From: an uncultured Candidatus Saccharibacteria bacterium
GTDB taxonomy: Bacteria; Patescibacteriota; Dojkabacteria; J137
Assembly: GCA_964437465.1 (NCBI GenBank)
Contig: CAYTGI010000006.1
Span: 1 to 44,956 of the forward strand
Direction: 5' to 3'
DNA: 44,956 nt
Shown here: piece by piece, positions 1 to 9,600 of the stretch
How the letters are laid out: each line of letters begins with the position of its first letter
How positions within the stretch are numbered: position 1 is the first letter of the stretch
Translations under genes and position numbers: made by a program
Notes under the pieces: generated by a model
Told to the model about the DNA's origin: nothing
Seen by the model: the letters and a program-made list of their open reading frames with translations, nothing else
Databases searched by the model: none

Positions 1-2
1 TT

Positions 3-200
3 TCATCTGTAAGACATTTAGCAATGATGGTTGAGGATCATCCGCTAGATTATAGAAACTTTGAGGGAGTTATTCCTGAAGGAAATTACGGAGCAGGACC
101 AGTCTTAATCTGGGATGAAGGGACTTATGAATGGTCAAAATCCTCAAATCCAAAAGAAATTCAAGAATTTGTAAAAAAGGAATTAAAGAGGGGGAGTTAA
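3..200 (+). CDS. ligD: LigD 3'-phosphoesterase (PE) domain, 5'-partial; frame stops at TAA 198-200 and continues into the ligase ORF only via a -1 shift
   Basis: Manual translation from nt 3: [42 protein letters not shown], the typical LigD PE motif. Not in the ORF track. Confidence 0.9.
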   Translation, partial: SSVRHLAMMVEDHPLDYRNFEGVIPEGNYGAGPVLIWDEGTYEWSKSSNPKEIQEFVKKELKRGS

Positions 201-2230
201 AGTTGGTTCTTCATGGAAAAAAGCTTAAAGGGCTTTTTGCGTTTGTTCGTTTTAAAAAAGCTGGAGAGAATGCATGGTTAATAATTAAGGATAAAGATGA
301 GTTCGAAGGAAAGGAGATTAAAGATGAAACTTCAGTTCGGTCTGGTAGAACAATTGAAGAAGTTCTGGAAGGAAAAAATGCAATGGATCTTTCAGATGTT
401 AGTAAAAAATGGAAATCCCATACTGTAGAACCAATGCTTGCTAAGCTAGTCGATGAGCCGTTTGATGATGATCATTTTATCTTTGAAGTTAAATGGGATG
501 GATATAGAGCTATTTCTGAAACAGGAAAAAAGACAAAACTTTACTCAAGAAATAATCAGGATTTTAGTAAAGATTATGAGCTGATTTTTAATGAGCTTAA
601 AAAGATAAAGAAAGAAATGGTTATAGATGGAGAAATTGTAGTTCTTGATTATAAAGGAAGATCGGATTTTGATGCTTTACAGGAATATAAGAAAAATAAA
701 GAGGGAGAGTTAGTTTTTTATGTTTTTGATATTTTAAGTTTTGAAGGAAAGGATCTTCGAGATTTGTCTGTAGTTCAGCGAAAAAGAATTCTTGAAAATG
801 TTTTACCTACAAATAATTTAATTAGATACAGCGATCATATTAAAGAAAAAGGTAAGGATTTTTTTAAACTTGCTAACATGGAAAAATTAGAGGGAATGAT
901 TGCTAAAAAAATTGATAGTAAGTACGAAGAAGGGAAGAGGAGTGGTTCATGGCAGAAGATCAAATTAGTTAAAACGGAAGAAGTAATTATCTGTGGCTAC
1001 ACTAAGCCAGAAGGCAAGAGAGATGCTTTTGGTTCATTAGTACTTGGAGTGTATCGTGATGGAGAATTGGTTTACGTTGGAAATACTGGAAGTGGATTTA
1101 CAGATAAAAACCTAAAAGAAGTTAAAGCAAAATTAGATAAATATAAAACTAAAAAATCTCCTTTTAAAGATGAGCCGAGTCTTAATAATTTAGAGACATG
1201 GTTGAAGCCTGAAGTTATTGCTGAAGTTAAGATAAGTGGATGGACTAAGAAAGGAAATATGAGACATGCAATATTTATGGGATTCATAAAAGATAAGAAA
1301 GCAGAAGATATTGAAGGTTATAAACCAGAAGTGGAGCATGATGGTTATGAAAAGAAGGGTAATAAATTAGAGCTTTCTAATCTAAATAAAGTCTATTGGC
1401 CAAAAGAAAAGTATACAAAGGGAGATATGATTAAATACTATGAAGAAATTTCTAAGATCATGATTCCTTATCTAAAAGATCGACCTCAGAATATGAACCG
1501 TTTTCCTAATGGAATAACAGGCAAAAGTTTTTATCAGAAAGATATTGATTCAGTTCCTAAATTTGTAGATGTAGAAACTATTCATTCAGAAAGTAATAAT
1601 CGTGATATCGACTATATTGTGTGTAATAACAAAGAAACACTTCTATATATGGCAAACCTAGGAAGTATAGAGATTAATCCATGGAATTCTCGGGTTGGAA
1701 GTTTAGACAAACCTGATTACTTAATTTTTGATTTAGATGCAAAAGAGAAATATTTTGAAAAGATTATAAAAACTGCACTTGAGCTAAGAAAATTACTTGA
1801 AAAATATGAGATTGATAATTTTGTAAAAACCTCTGGGAAAAGAGGGATTCATATAAACATTCCGCTAAATGCTAAATACGATTTTGATCAGGATAGAACT
1901 TTTGCGGAAATTATTAGTAGAAAAATTGAAGAAAGAATTCCTGATATTGTAAGCCTTGAACGTAATCCGGATAAAAGGAAAGATAAAGTCTATATTGACT
2001 ACCTTCAAAACCGAAGAGGGCAGACAACAGTTGGTGTATATTCAGTTAGGCCAGTGGACGGAGCGCCAGTTTCAACACCATTAAAATGGAAAGAAGTTAC
2101 AAAAAGACTAGATCCAAAGAAATTTAATATTAAGACTATGAGTAAGAGGATTGATAAGGTCGGGGATATGTGGGAGGGAGTGTTAGGTAAGGGAATTGAT
2201 TTGGGGAAAATACTGAAGAAGTTAAAATGA
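131..2230 (+). CDS. ligD: DNA ligase D (end of PE domain, ATP-dependent ligase, primase-like polymerase); the ATG at 131 is probably not the true start
   Basis: EVKWDGYRA (KxDG adenylation motif), [20 protein letters not shown]; POL domain [36 protein letters not shown]. Confidence 0.92.
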   Translation: MVKILKSKRNSRICKKGIKEGELKLVLHGKKLKGLFAFVRFKKAGENAWLIIKDKDEFEGKEIKDETSVRSGRTIEEVLEGKNAMDLSDVSKKWKSHTVEPMLAKLVDEPFDDDHFIFEVKWDGYRAISETGKKTKLYSRNNQDFSKDYELIFNELKKIKKEMVIDGEIVVLDYKGRSDFDALQEYKKNKEGELVFYVFDILSFEGKDLRDLSVVQRKRILENVLPTNNLIRYSDHIKEKGKDFFKLANMEKLEGMIAKKIDSKYEEGKRSGSWQKIKLVKTEEVIICGYTKPEGKRDAFGSLVLGVYRDGELVYVGNTGSGFTDKNLKEVKAKLDKYKTKKSPFKDEPSLNNLETWLKPEVIAEVKISGWTKKGNMRHAIFMGFIKDKKAEDIEGYKPEVEHDGYEKKGNKLELSNLNKVYWPKEKYTKGDMIKYYEEISKIMIPYLKDRPQNMNRFPNGITGKSFYQKDIDSVPKFVDVETIHSESNNRDIDYIVCNNKETLLYMANLGSIEINPWNSRVGSLDKPDYLIFDLDAKEKYFEKIIKTALELRKLLEKYEIDNFVKTSGKRGIHINIPLNAKYDFDQDRTFAEIISRKIEERIPDIVSLERNPDKRKDKVYIDYLQNRRGQTTVGVYSVRPVDGAPVSTPLKWKEVTKRLDPKKFNIKTMSKRIDKVGDMWEGVLGKGIDLGKILKKLK

Positions 2231-2238
2231 TTATTATT

Positions 2239-2278
2239 GAGTACTAAGGTACTAAAGTACTTAGGTACTTGAGTACTT
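2239..2278. repeat. Five tandem 8-nt repeats RRGTACTW between convergent ligD and sortase
   Basis: gagtacta aggtacta aagtactt aggtactt gagtactt. Confidence 0.9.
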
Positions 2279-3134
2279 AATTTACCGGTCTTGCAATCGC
2301 TACATACCTATTTGAATTATTACCAGCTGGATAACAGGTAAACAAAGTTAAAGTTCTCTGGTTTTCCTGTCCTGTAATTATTGAAATATCAGTCGGCTCA
2401 ACAATCTTACTTCTAAACATTCTAAATTTATGGGTCTCTCCTTCCATCTCAATTATAATTTCATCACCTACTTTTAAATTAGGAATAAAAGAAAACGCTA
2501 CCTCTGGATCACTTGCCCTAGGATTATAATTAGGACTAGCGCTATGACCATAAATAACAATATTATTATTAACATCTGAAATCGGTAATCCAGTGTTTTC
2601 AAAATGTGCTAGTGAATTTTTAAGTACAGCATTGTAAGCTGATTCTGTTGTTGAGTCGACATTAGCTTGAACAGGTAATCTTTCGATTCCAATTGAGGGT
2701 ATTGAGATATAAAAAGTTCCTCTATAGTTTCTACTTACTGAATCATCTTGCAGAATCTGTTGATCAAATGCTTCTGAAGATACCTCAGCTAATCCAGCAG
2801 GATTAGAGATAAATTTAGATCTATCAATATAATCTCCAGATGTTAGAGTAGTCGTTCCTTGAGCAACGAGTCCGTTTTGTCTTTGTATTTGGTACTGAAT
2901 CTCTGGATAAACGTATTGGAAAATAAAATATAGTCCCAAAGCAATAAAAAAACTAGGAATGATTAAATTCGCTAGAAAAGAAGAGTTAACCATATTCTGA
3001 AGAAAATTATAGCTTTCAGTCGCTCCTGACCATGCTGAAAGCTTACGCTCTTCAACCTCTTCGTCGTTTAACTCAAGGTATTCTTTTTTAGATTTTAAAT
3101 AGTTTTCTGCTTTTCTATAGCTATATAAAGACAT
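2277..3134 (-). CDS. Sortase-family protein with N-terminal membrane anchor
   Basis: His-Cys-Arg triad in IYGHS, LTLFTCYP and NRYVA; TM segment FLANLIIPSFFIALGLYFIF. Confidence 0.85.
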   Translation of the reverse strand: MSLYSYRKAENYLKSKKEYLELNDEEVEERKLSAWSGATESYNFLQNMVNSSFLANLIIPSFFIALGLYFIFQYVYPEIQYQIQRQNGLVAQGTTTLTSGDYIDRSKFISNPAGLAEVSSEAFDQQILQDDSVSRNYRGTFYISIPSIGIERLPVQANVDSTTESAYNAVLKNSLAHFENTGLPISDVNNNIVIYGHSASPNYNPRASDPEVAFSFIPNLKVGDEIIIEMEGETHKFRMFRSKIVEPTDISIITGQENQRTLTLFTCYPAGNNSNRYVAIARPVN

Positions 3135-3229
3135 AGTTTACTGAACACTTGCACATATATGATAAAATTACAGAGCTAAATTCTGCTGTAAAGTTTTTTA
3201 CATTTAACATATTAATAACAGTTTATCAT

Positions 3230-4501
3230 ATGGCAATATCTTCTGAAGACAAACAAAAAGTAAAAAGTCTTGTTATCCTTGGAAAAAAACAAGGTTATTT
3301 AACACAGGACGATATATTGGGTGTCTTTCCAGAAGTTGAAGATAATCTGCAACTTCTTGAATACATTATTGCCAATGCTCAAGATGATGAAATTGAAATA
3401 ATTGAGCCAGGGGATGATAATTCAACTTACGGTGAAGAGAAGAAAGGAAAACTAACTTTTGAAGAGAAAATAAAAATCTTAAAACAGATTAAGTCTCATG
3501 TAAGCACTGATCCTATTAGAGCTTACCTTCAAGAGATTGGTAGAATACCACTACTTAGCGCAGAAGAAGAGGTAATTCTAGCTCAACGTTTTGAGAAAGG
3601 AAATGAGGAAATGCATGAGAAGATTGAGAAATTAGCTAAAGAAAAATACCATGAAGTTTATGTAAAAGCCTGGGAAAGAATTAAAAATGATGAAAGTAGA
3701 CACATTGAAGTAGAAAAGGCAAAGCAAAGGTTAGTAGAAAAGGATAGAAGATACTCTAGTAAGGTAATTAGAGAAGGTGTAGAGGCTAAACACCTCCTAA
3801 CTACAGCTAATCTTAGACTTGTTGTTTCTATTGCTAAAAACTACTTAAAACGAGGACTAGACCTATTAGATTTAATTCAAGAAGGTAATCTTGGATTAAT
3901 GAAAGCTGTGGAAAAGTTTGAGTATAGAAAAGGTTTCAAATTCTCTACTTACGCAACATGGTGGATTAGACAGGCCATTACTAGGGCTATTGCTGACCAG
4001 GCAAGAACAATTAGAGTTCCGGTTCACATGATTGAGACTATTAACAAGCTAAGTAAGATCTCATCTCAGCTAGCTTCTAAATTAGGTAGAAAACCTACAC
4101 TAAAGGAAATTGCTAGAGCAATGGAACTTACTCCTAAGAAAGTTCAAGAGATTATAAAGATTGCTCAAAAACCACAATCTCTTGAAACTCCAATTGGAGA
4201 GGATGGTGAGAATAGTCTTATTGATATTATCCCTGACGAGTATACTGCTTCTCCTCAAGAGTTAGCTACGTTCTCATTCTTAAAGAAGCAGATCAATGAG
4301 ATTTTAGATGGTCTTTCAGATAGAGAGAGAAAAGTAATAGAGTTAAGATTTGGTCTTAGAGATGGTGTAACTAGAACCTTAGAAGAGGTTGGACATGAGT
4401 TTAATGTTACTAGAGAGCGAATTAGACAGATAGAAGCTAAAGCTCTTAAGCGAATGAAGAGTGAAGAAGTTGCACAAGCTCTTAAAGACTACTTGGATTA
4501 G
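3230..4501 (+). CDS. rpoD: RNA polymerase primary sigma factor (sigma70); probable start ATG 3230 (track ORF opens at 3149)
   Basis: [16 protein letters not shown] (region 1.2), [77 protein letters not shown]. Confidence 0.97.
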   Translation: MAISSEDKQKVKSLVILGKKQGYLTQDDILGVFPEVEDNLQLLEYIIANAQDDEIEIIEPGDDNSTYGEEKKGKLTFEEKIKILKQIKSHVSTDPIRAYLQEIGRIPLLSAEEEVILAQRFEKGNEEMHEKIEKLAKEKYHEVYVKAWERIKNDESRHIEVEKAKQRLVEKDRRYSSKVIREGVEAKHLLTTANLRLVVSIAKNYLKRGLDLLDLIQEGNLGLMKAVEKFEYRKGFKFSTYATWWIRQAITRAIADQARTIRVPVHMIETINKLSKISSQLASKLGRKPTLKEIARAMELTPKKVQEIIKIAQKPQSLETPIGEDGENSLIDIIPDEYTASPQELATFSFLKKQINEILDGLSDRERKVIELRFGLRDGVTRTLEEVGHEFNVTRERIRQIEAKALKRMKSEEVAQALKDYLD

Positions 4502-4509
4502 GAAAGTTA

Positions 4510-5214
4510 TTATTGTTCATCCCTAAATCGAGCATCTAACCTTGATCTTAGAGCTCTATATCTGTTTTTTCTTACCTGCCAATAGGTATTTAGTTCTTGA
4601 ATCTCCTCTTTAGTATATTTCGGAGGTTTTAATCCAAAAAATCTTCTTGATGTCAGATTATCAATCTCTTCATCAGGTATTTTAATAGTTGATGGAGTTA
4701 ATGAGATATTTTTTTCTTTGAGAATAAAATAGCATCGTCTTAAAGCTCTTGAGAGAATAAGCTCAATTGAACCATTAAAATCATCGATAGGCTTAGCATG
4801 AATTCTCCAAGCTCTAGAAATTTCAACGATATCACTTTTTTTATTATTTAGAACTCGAATTGCATCTTGGCTGTAGAAATGAATCTGGAAGACCCTAGGG
4901 AAATCCCCAGTAGATATATCTATGCTAAATGGAGGAGGAGATATACAAACATTTAGGTTGGTTCCTGTTAAGTTGAAAACTCTAACAAGATTATAGTAAG
5001 CTGGATACTGCTCATCTTTTATGTAAAATGGGCTAGGAGTTGTGCCTCTATTCACTATCAGTTCATCAAACCCATGTTTAGCAAAAACTCTAGTCACATC
5101 TTGTAATGACCTAATTAATACTTTTGGTCTTTCCTTTGATTGTAAGTAGTCGAACTGATCCATGAATAAAAGATTACTAGCGGATTCTACTACACCCATC
5201 GAAAATATCAACAT
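4510..5214 (-). CDS. Hypothetical protein (start may be ATG 5163, MDQFDY)
   Basis: 234-aa ORF filling the gap between rpoD and the HEPN gene; no motif recognised. Confidence 0.6.
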   Translation of the reverse strand: MLIFSMGVVESASNLLFMDQFDYLQSKERPKVLIRSLQDVTRVFAKHGFDELIVNRGTTPSPFYIKDEQYPAYYNLVRVFNLTGTNLNVCISPPPFSIDISTGDFPRVFQIHFYSQDAIRVLNNKKSDIVEISRAWRIHAKPIDDFNGSIELILSRALRRCYFILKEKNISLTPSTIKIPDEEIDNLTSRRFFGLKPPKYTKEEIQELNTYWQVRKNRYRALRSRLDARFRDEQ

Positions 5215-5233
5215 ACTTTGTTAGACTTACTCT

Positions 5234-6040
5234 ATGAGTAAAAAAAATGAAAGTAAAGAAAGGTTTAATGTTTGGTTACAACAAGGTAAACACGATTTGG
5301 ATGCAGCAAAAGTATCACTAGAAGGCGGTTTTTATGAATGGGTTTGTTATCAGTCAATTCAAAGCGTTGAGAAGATCATTAAAGCAGTAGTTGTTCATTC
5401 AGGATTTCGTCCCCCAAGAGTTCATAAACTCGGTGTCCTTCTTGGAATGGCTAATAAGGCTAATAAGGCTTTTGAGGATGTAAAGCTAGAGTTTAGAAAG
5501 ATTGAATCCTATACTTTTATCTCTCGTTATCCATTTATAATTCCTGGGCAAAATAAAACTCCTCACGAATTAATTACAAAAGAAGAGGCAGAAACCTGTA
5601 TTAGATTAGCTACAGATATTTTAGATAAGATCGAAACATTCTTATCTGGGCAAACATCTTCATCAGGAGATAAGCCTATAGAAACTGGAGACTATTATTT
5701 TTCAAAAGAAGAGATAACTTCGAGAATAGAAAACTTGATCGAATCGATTATAAATTGTGAACATATTAAAACAGAGAAGATTATACTTTTCGGAAGTTTT
5801 GCTAGAGAGAAGACTAGGCCACGAACGTCAACTATGGATATTATGGTAATAGGGAGAACAGAACTACCTTTTCTTGAAAGAATTAGTTACGTTCGAGAAA
5901 TAACTAGAGGAAGTGAACCAATTGTTGAGCCATTAGTCTATACTCCAGAGGAGTTTGATCAGCTTCTTAATGAGGAGGGTGAGGGGTTTTTAGAGACAGC
6001 TTTAGAGGAAGGGAAAGTTATTTGGGAAAGATTTAATTAA
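5234..6040 (+). CDS. HEPN domain fused to a C-terminal minimal nucleotidyltransferase (MNT) domain
   Basis: WLQQGKHDL..A, QSVEKIIKA, RPPRVHKL, SRYP (HEPN); KIILFGSFAR and VYTPEEF (MNT). Confidence 0.85.
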   Translation: MSKKNESKERFNVWLQQGKHDLDAAKVSLEGGFYEWVCYQSIQSVEKIIKAVVVHSGFRPPRVHKLGVLLGMANKANKAFEDVKLEFRKIESYTFISRYPFIIPGQNKTPHELITKEEAETCIRLATDILDKIETFLSGQTSSSGDKPIETGDYYFSKEEITSRIENLIESIINCEHIKTEKIILFGSFAREKTRPRTSTMDIMVIGRTELPFLERISYVREITRGSEPIVEPLVYTPEEFDQLLNEEGEGFLETALEEGKVIWERFN

Positions 6041-6068
6041 TAACTTGTAATTAAAAATTAATAATTGA
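6034..6068. repeat. Degenerate heptamer run (TAATTAA-like x5)
   Basis: taattaa taacttg taattaa aaattaa taattga. Confidence 0.55.
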
Positions 6069-6072
6069 GTTT

Positions 6073-6552
6073 ATGTCCTCAGAGAGAATAACTAAAGAAG
6101 ATTGGGATAAACTTAGGGTTGCTGACTTAGATGATTGGACTTTGATTGTAGCTGGAGATCAACATACATTAGGTTCAGTAATAATTTTTCCTCCTGGAAA
6201 TATAGAAGCATCTATAGCCCATCTTCCTGATGAAGAACTTATTGAATTCGGTAAAGTTTCAAGAATAGTGGAAAATTTATTAAAAAAGTCTTTTGGAGCA
6301 GAGTGGTTTAACTACTCACAAGCAGGAAATAGAATTAGAAAGCTTCATATTTTAATACAGCCTAGATATTCCAAACCATTTGAATTTGTAAATAAAGTTT
6401 ATGTTGATGAAGGTTGGCCAGGACCCATTAAAGCTCTTGATGAGGATGATTTACCTGATAGAGAGAATGTATTTAACCTAGTTGAAGAATTACGAAATCA
6501 GATAAATAATATTGATAATGACGGCATGCATTTAAATATTTACAATAATTAA
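6073..6552 (+). CDS. HIT-fold protein with degenerate histidine triad
   Basis: W..IV..DQH.LG, HLPDEELIEF, FGAEWFNYSQAGN, KLHILIQPRY (HxHxH reduced to one His). Confidence 0.75.
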   Translation: MSSERITKEDWDKLRVADLDDWTLIVAGDQHTLGSVIIFPPGNIEASIAHLPDEELIEFGKVSRIVENLLKKSFGAEWFNYSQAGNRIRKLHILIQPRYSKPFEFVNKVYVDEGWPGPIKALDEDDLPDRENVFNLVEELRNQINNIDNDGMHLNIYNN

Positions 6553-6582
6553 TTGTTGCTTCTTAAAGAGAATAAACTAATT

Positions 6583-6600
6583 AATTCGTAATTCGTAATT
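6583..6600. repeat. Heptamer repeat AATTCGT x2.5
   Basis: aattcgt aattcgt aatt abutting the stop of the giant ORF. Confidence 0.6.
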
Positions 6601-9600
6601 AATCCAAACTTTCTCTAATAGAGTAGAACCTTGAACCGAAGCTGTTCTCGTAAATCTTCTTGTATCTTCCATCATGAACAAATAGATGTGCAGGTCTTTC
6701 AAGATTTCCGTTACCATTACCATTCATGTTTCTTTGAAGGTCTAGTTCTCTTGCGTAAACCCCTCCTTTAATCATTAACCCATCCCATTTAAATGTATCT
6801 CCAGATTCGTTATCAAGCTCAGCCCTGAAAGTCCCATCTACAATGAAGAATCCCTCTATGATATCATAGTCTGCTGGATTATTAGTGAAGATATTAGTAT
6901 TTGTTTTACTTTCCCCAGTCTTAATTATTACATCTCCTTTCACAACGAATATACAACCATTTTGATTATGTCGAGTTGTTAAATCTGGTTCAATAATTAA
7001 GTTCCCTTCTACAAATATTATTCCTTGTTGATCACATACAGCACCGCTTCTAATTGATACATCATTTTTTACAACAACAGGTCGAATAACATCTCTGTTT
7101 TCAGGTCTTGGGCAGAATCCTTCAGCAGTTGCTGAACCACAACCATTTGCATTTCGTGATGATCCTTGAGGACATGATGTACCTGGATTGATGAATGGCT
7201 CGCAAGCATCTTCATCGTATTTATCTGGTGTACATCTATAACAAGTTGTAACTGTTTCAAAAACTTCTCCCGGAGCTCGTTGACTAAAGCTTGTTGGACC
7301 ACTAACAGTTCCACTAGGACATGTAGCTGCCTTGTAATTAAAAGGATTACATTGGCTTAAGTCTGTAACTCCAGTTTCGCAGATAAAACATGTAATTTCA
7401 GATGGACATGTACCACCATGGATAGTTGAGCAATTAGGGTTTGATGTAGATCCACTTGGACAGATACTTCCTTGATATATAAATGATTCACAGGCATTTT
7501 GATCTCTCTTATCTTCTGTACATTTATAACAAGTTATTTCCACAGGACAGTTATTACCACACGTGTTTGATCCATTTACCCATCCTGCAGGGCAGTTATA
7601 GTTGTTAGAAGATACATCGAAAGTACTATTCTGACATGTATTTCCATCATTTTGAGGGATTGTACACCTAGAACAAGGTATTTGAGCTGGACAGTTATTA
7701 CATGTATTTCTACCTTGAGTCCATCCAGATGGACAATTCGATGCATTGAAAGTTTGGTTTTGACAAGCACCTTGGTCAGTTGTTGAGTCAGTACACCTAG
7801 AGCATGTTACATTTGCAGGACATGATCCACCATTAACTTGAGCACATCCATTATTGTTTGGGGTAGATCCTGCAGGGCAACTTGTTCCTGTGTGAATGAA
7901 TGATTCACAGTTATTCCCGTCTTCCAAAGAGCTAGTACATCTATAACAGGTAATTCTCAAAGGGCAAGTGCCACCAACTGCACCTGCACAACCATTACCT
8001 GCTGTAGAAGTGCCACCTGGACAAGAAGGTCCACTATACCACCTACCTTTACAGGCATTTCCATCGGTAAATGATCCTGTGCATGTGTAACAAAGAGAAT
8101 CTATAGGGCAAGATCCCCCAACAGCACTTGCACATCCACTTGATGATGTGGATGTTCCACCTGGACAGTTATTTGAATTTACTGTAAAAGCTTCACATGT
8201 ATTTCCATCTCTACGGCTTGAGGTACATCGATAACAAGTTCTGCTTACTGGGCAAGATCCTCCTACTGCTGCAGCACAGTTTGAACTTAGATTGTAAGCT
8301 CCTGGATTTCTTAAATATTGATTATAGTAATCTACATCATAAGCTTCACAGTTATTTCCATCATTTGTTGCAGAAGTGCATCTATATGCCCTTACAAAGT
8401 AAGGACATCTAGCACTTCCTGAGTAAATTTGTAAATTACTTGAATATCCCCCCCTTTGTTCGCAAGTACCGGATGTAATTGTAAATGGTTCATTTGTATA
8501 TGGGCTATCATATACATTACTAGTACATCTATAGCATACTGTTGATCCTGGGCAAGTACCAGATTGACATCTGCTTTGATCAGTCCATCCTGCAGGGCAA
8601 ACTGATCCTCTAACTCTTATTCTATTGCATGCACTGGTACTATCGCTTGTAGTTGAAGTACATTGATAGCAATCAGTAAATTCTATCCTTTTTTCACAGA
8701 CATTACTGTTTTGACATTGACTAAGGCTTTGAAATACATTCTGTGGATTATTATAATAATCCTGAATTGAACCAAAGTACTGTTCACATTGGTTACCGTC
8801 GTATGGATTGGTAGTACACCTGTATAGACTTGTTGAATATCCAGAATAATGCCTAGAATAGTAACCTGAATAGCAAACTCCTTGATCTTGATACCATCCT
8901 GCTGGACATCTTTCAGCGAAATAACCTTCCTCACAATTATTCGAATAAAAGAAACTATCATTATAACTTGAGCTACTCGCAGGTCTAAAACACCTTAATG
9001 TCCTTGGAAACTGATTATGTAAAGGAGGTTTTGGATTTCTGCAATAGCCTGTTTCTGAATTGCATAAATTGCTATTACTATACAGTCCATAATCCGCTTC
9101 ACAAAAGTAACTGAATACTCCTATATATTGACAGCTATTTGAACCACATCTATAACATCCTGTAAGTTCATCTCCGTAATATTGTTGAAAGCTAGCAGTA
9201 TTAGATGTAAGTACTTCATTAGGTATGAATGCTAACTCATCTTTTCTATCAAGATTTTGAATTTTTTCTAAGTTGACTGGGCTAAAACTAACATCATCTT
9301 GAGAAGAATTATTTTTCTTGTCTTCAGCAACAGTAGAAATCCCTCTAACATCAGGGAAAAGTGCTGAATTTGAAAAGAATTCATCAATAACTACAGGTTC
9401 ATCTATTGTTGGTAGTTCACCTCCATTATTTCTTTCAACTCTGTCTAAGATATGGTTATACCAATCATCAAAATTAGCTTCTCCTGGAACTTCAATAGCC
9501 TCATCAGTATACTGAGTAAGAATATTACTTCTCAATGATACTCGATCTTCAGGTAAAACATTATTCCCTATAATTACAGTTTCAGTAGATAAAGTAGCTG

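Noticed and set aside
7110-8830. Possible CRISPR array or DGR template/variable repeat in the repeated region
   Set aside because: Repeats are in-frame protein repeats with divergent DNA; no identical direct repeats with spacers, no adenine-specific mismatched pair, no reverse transcriptase or cas gene.
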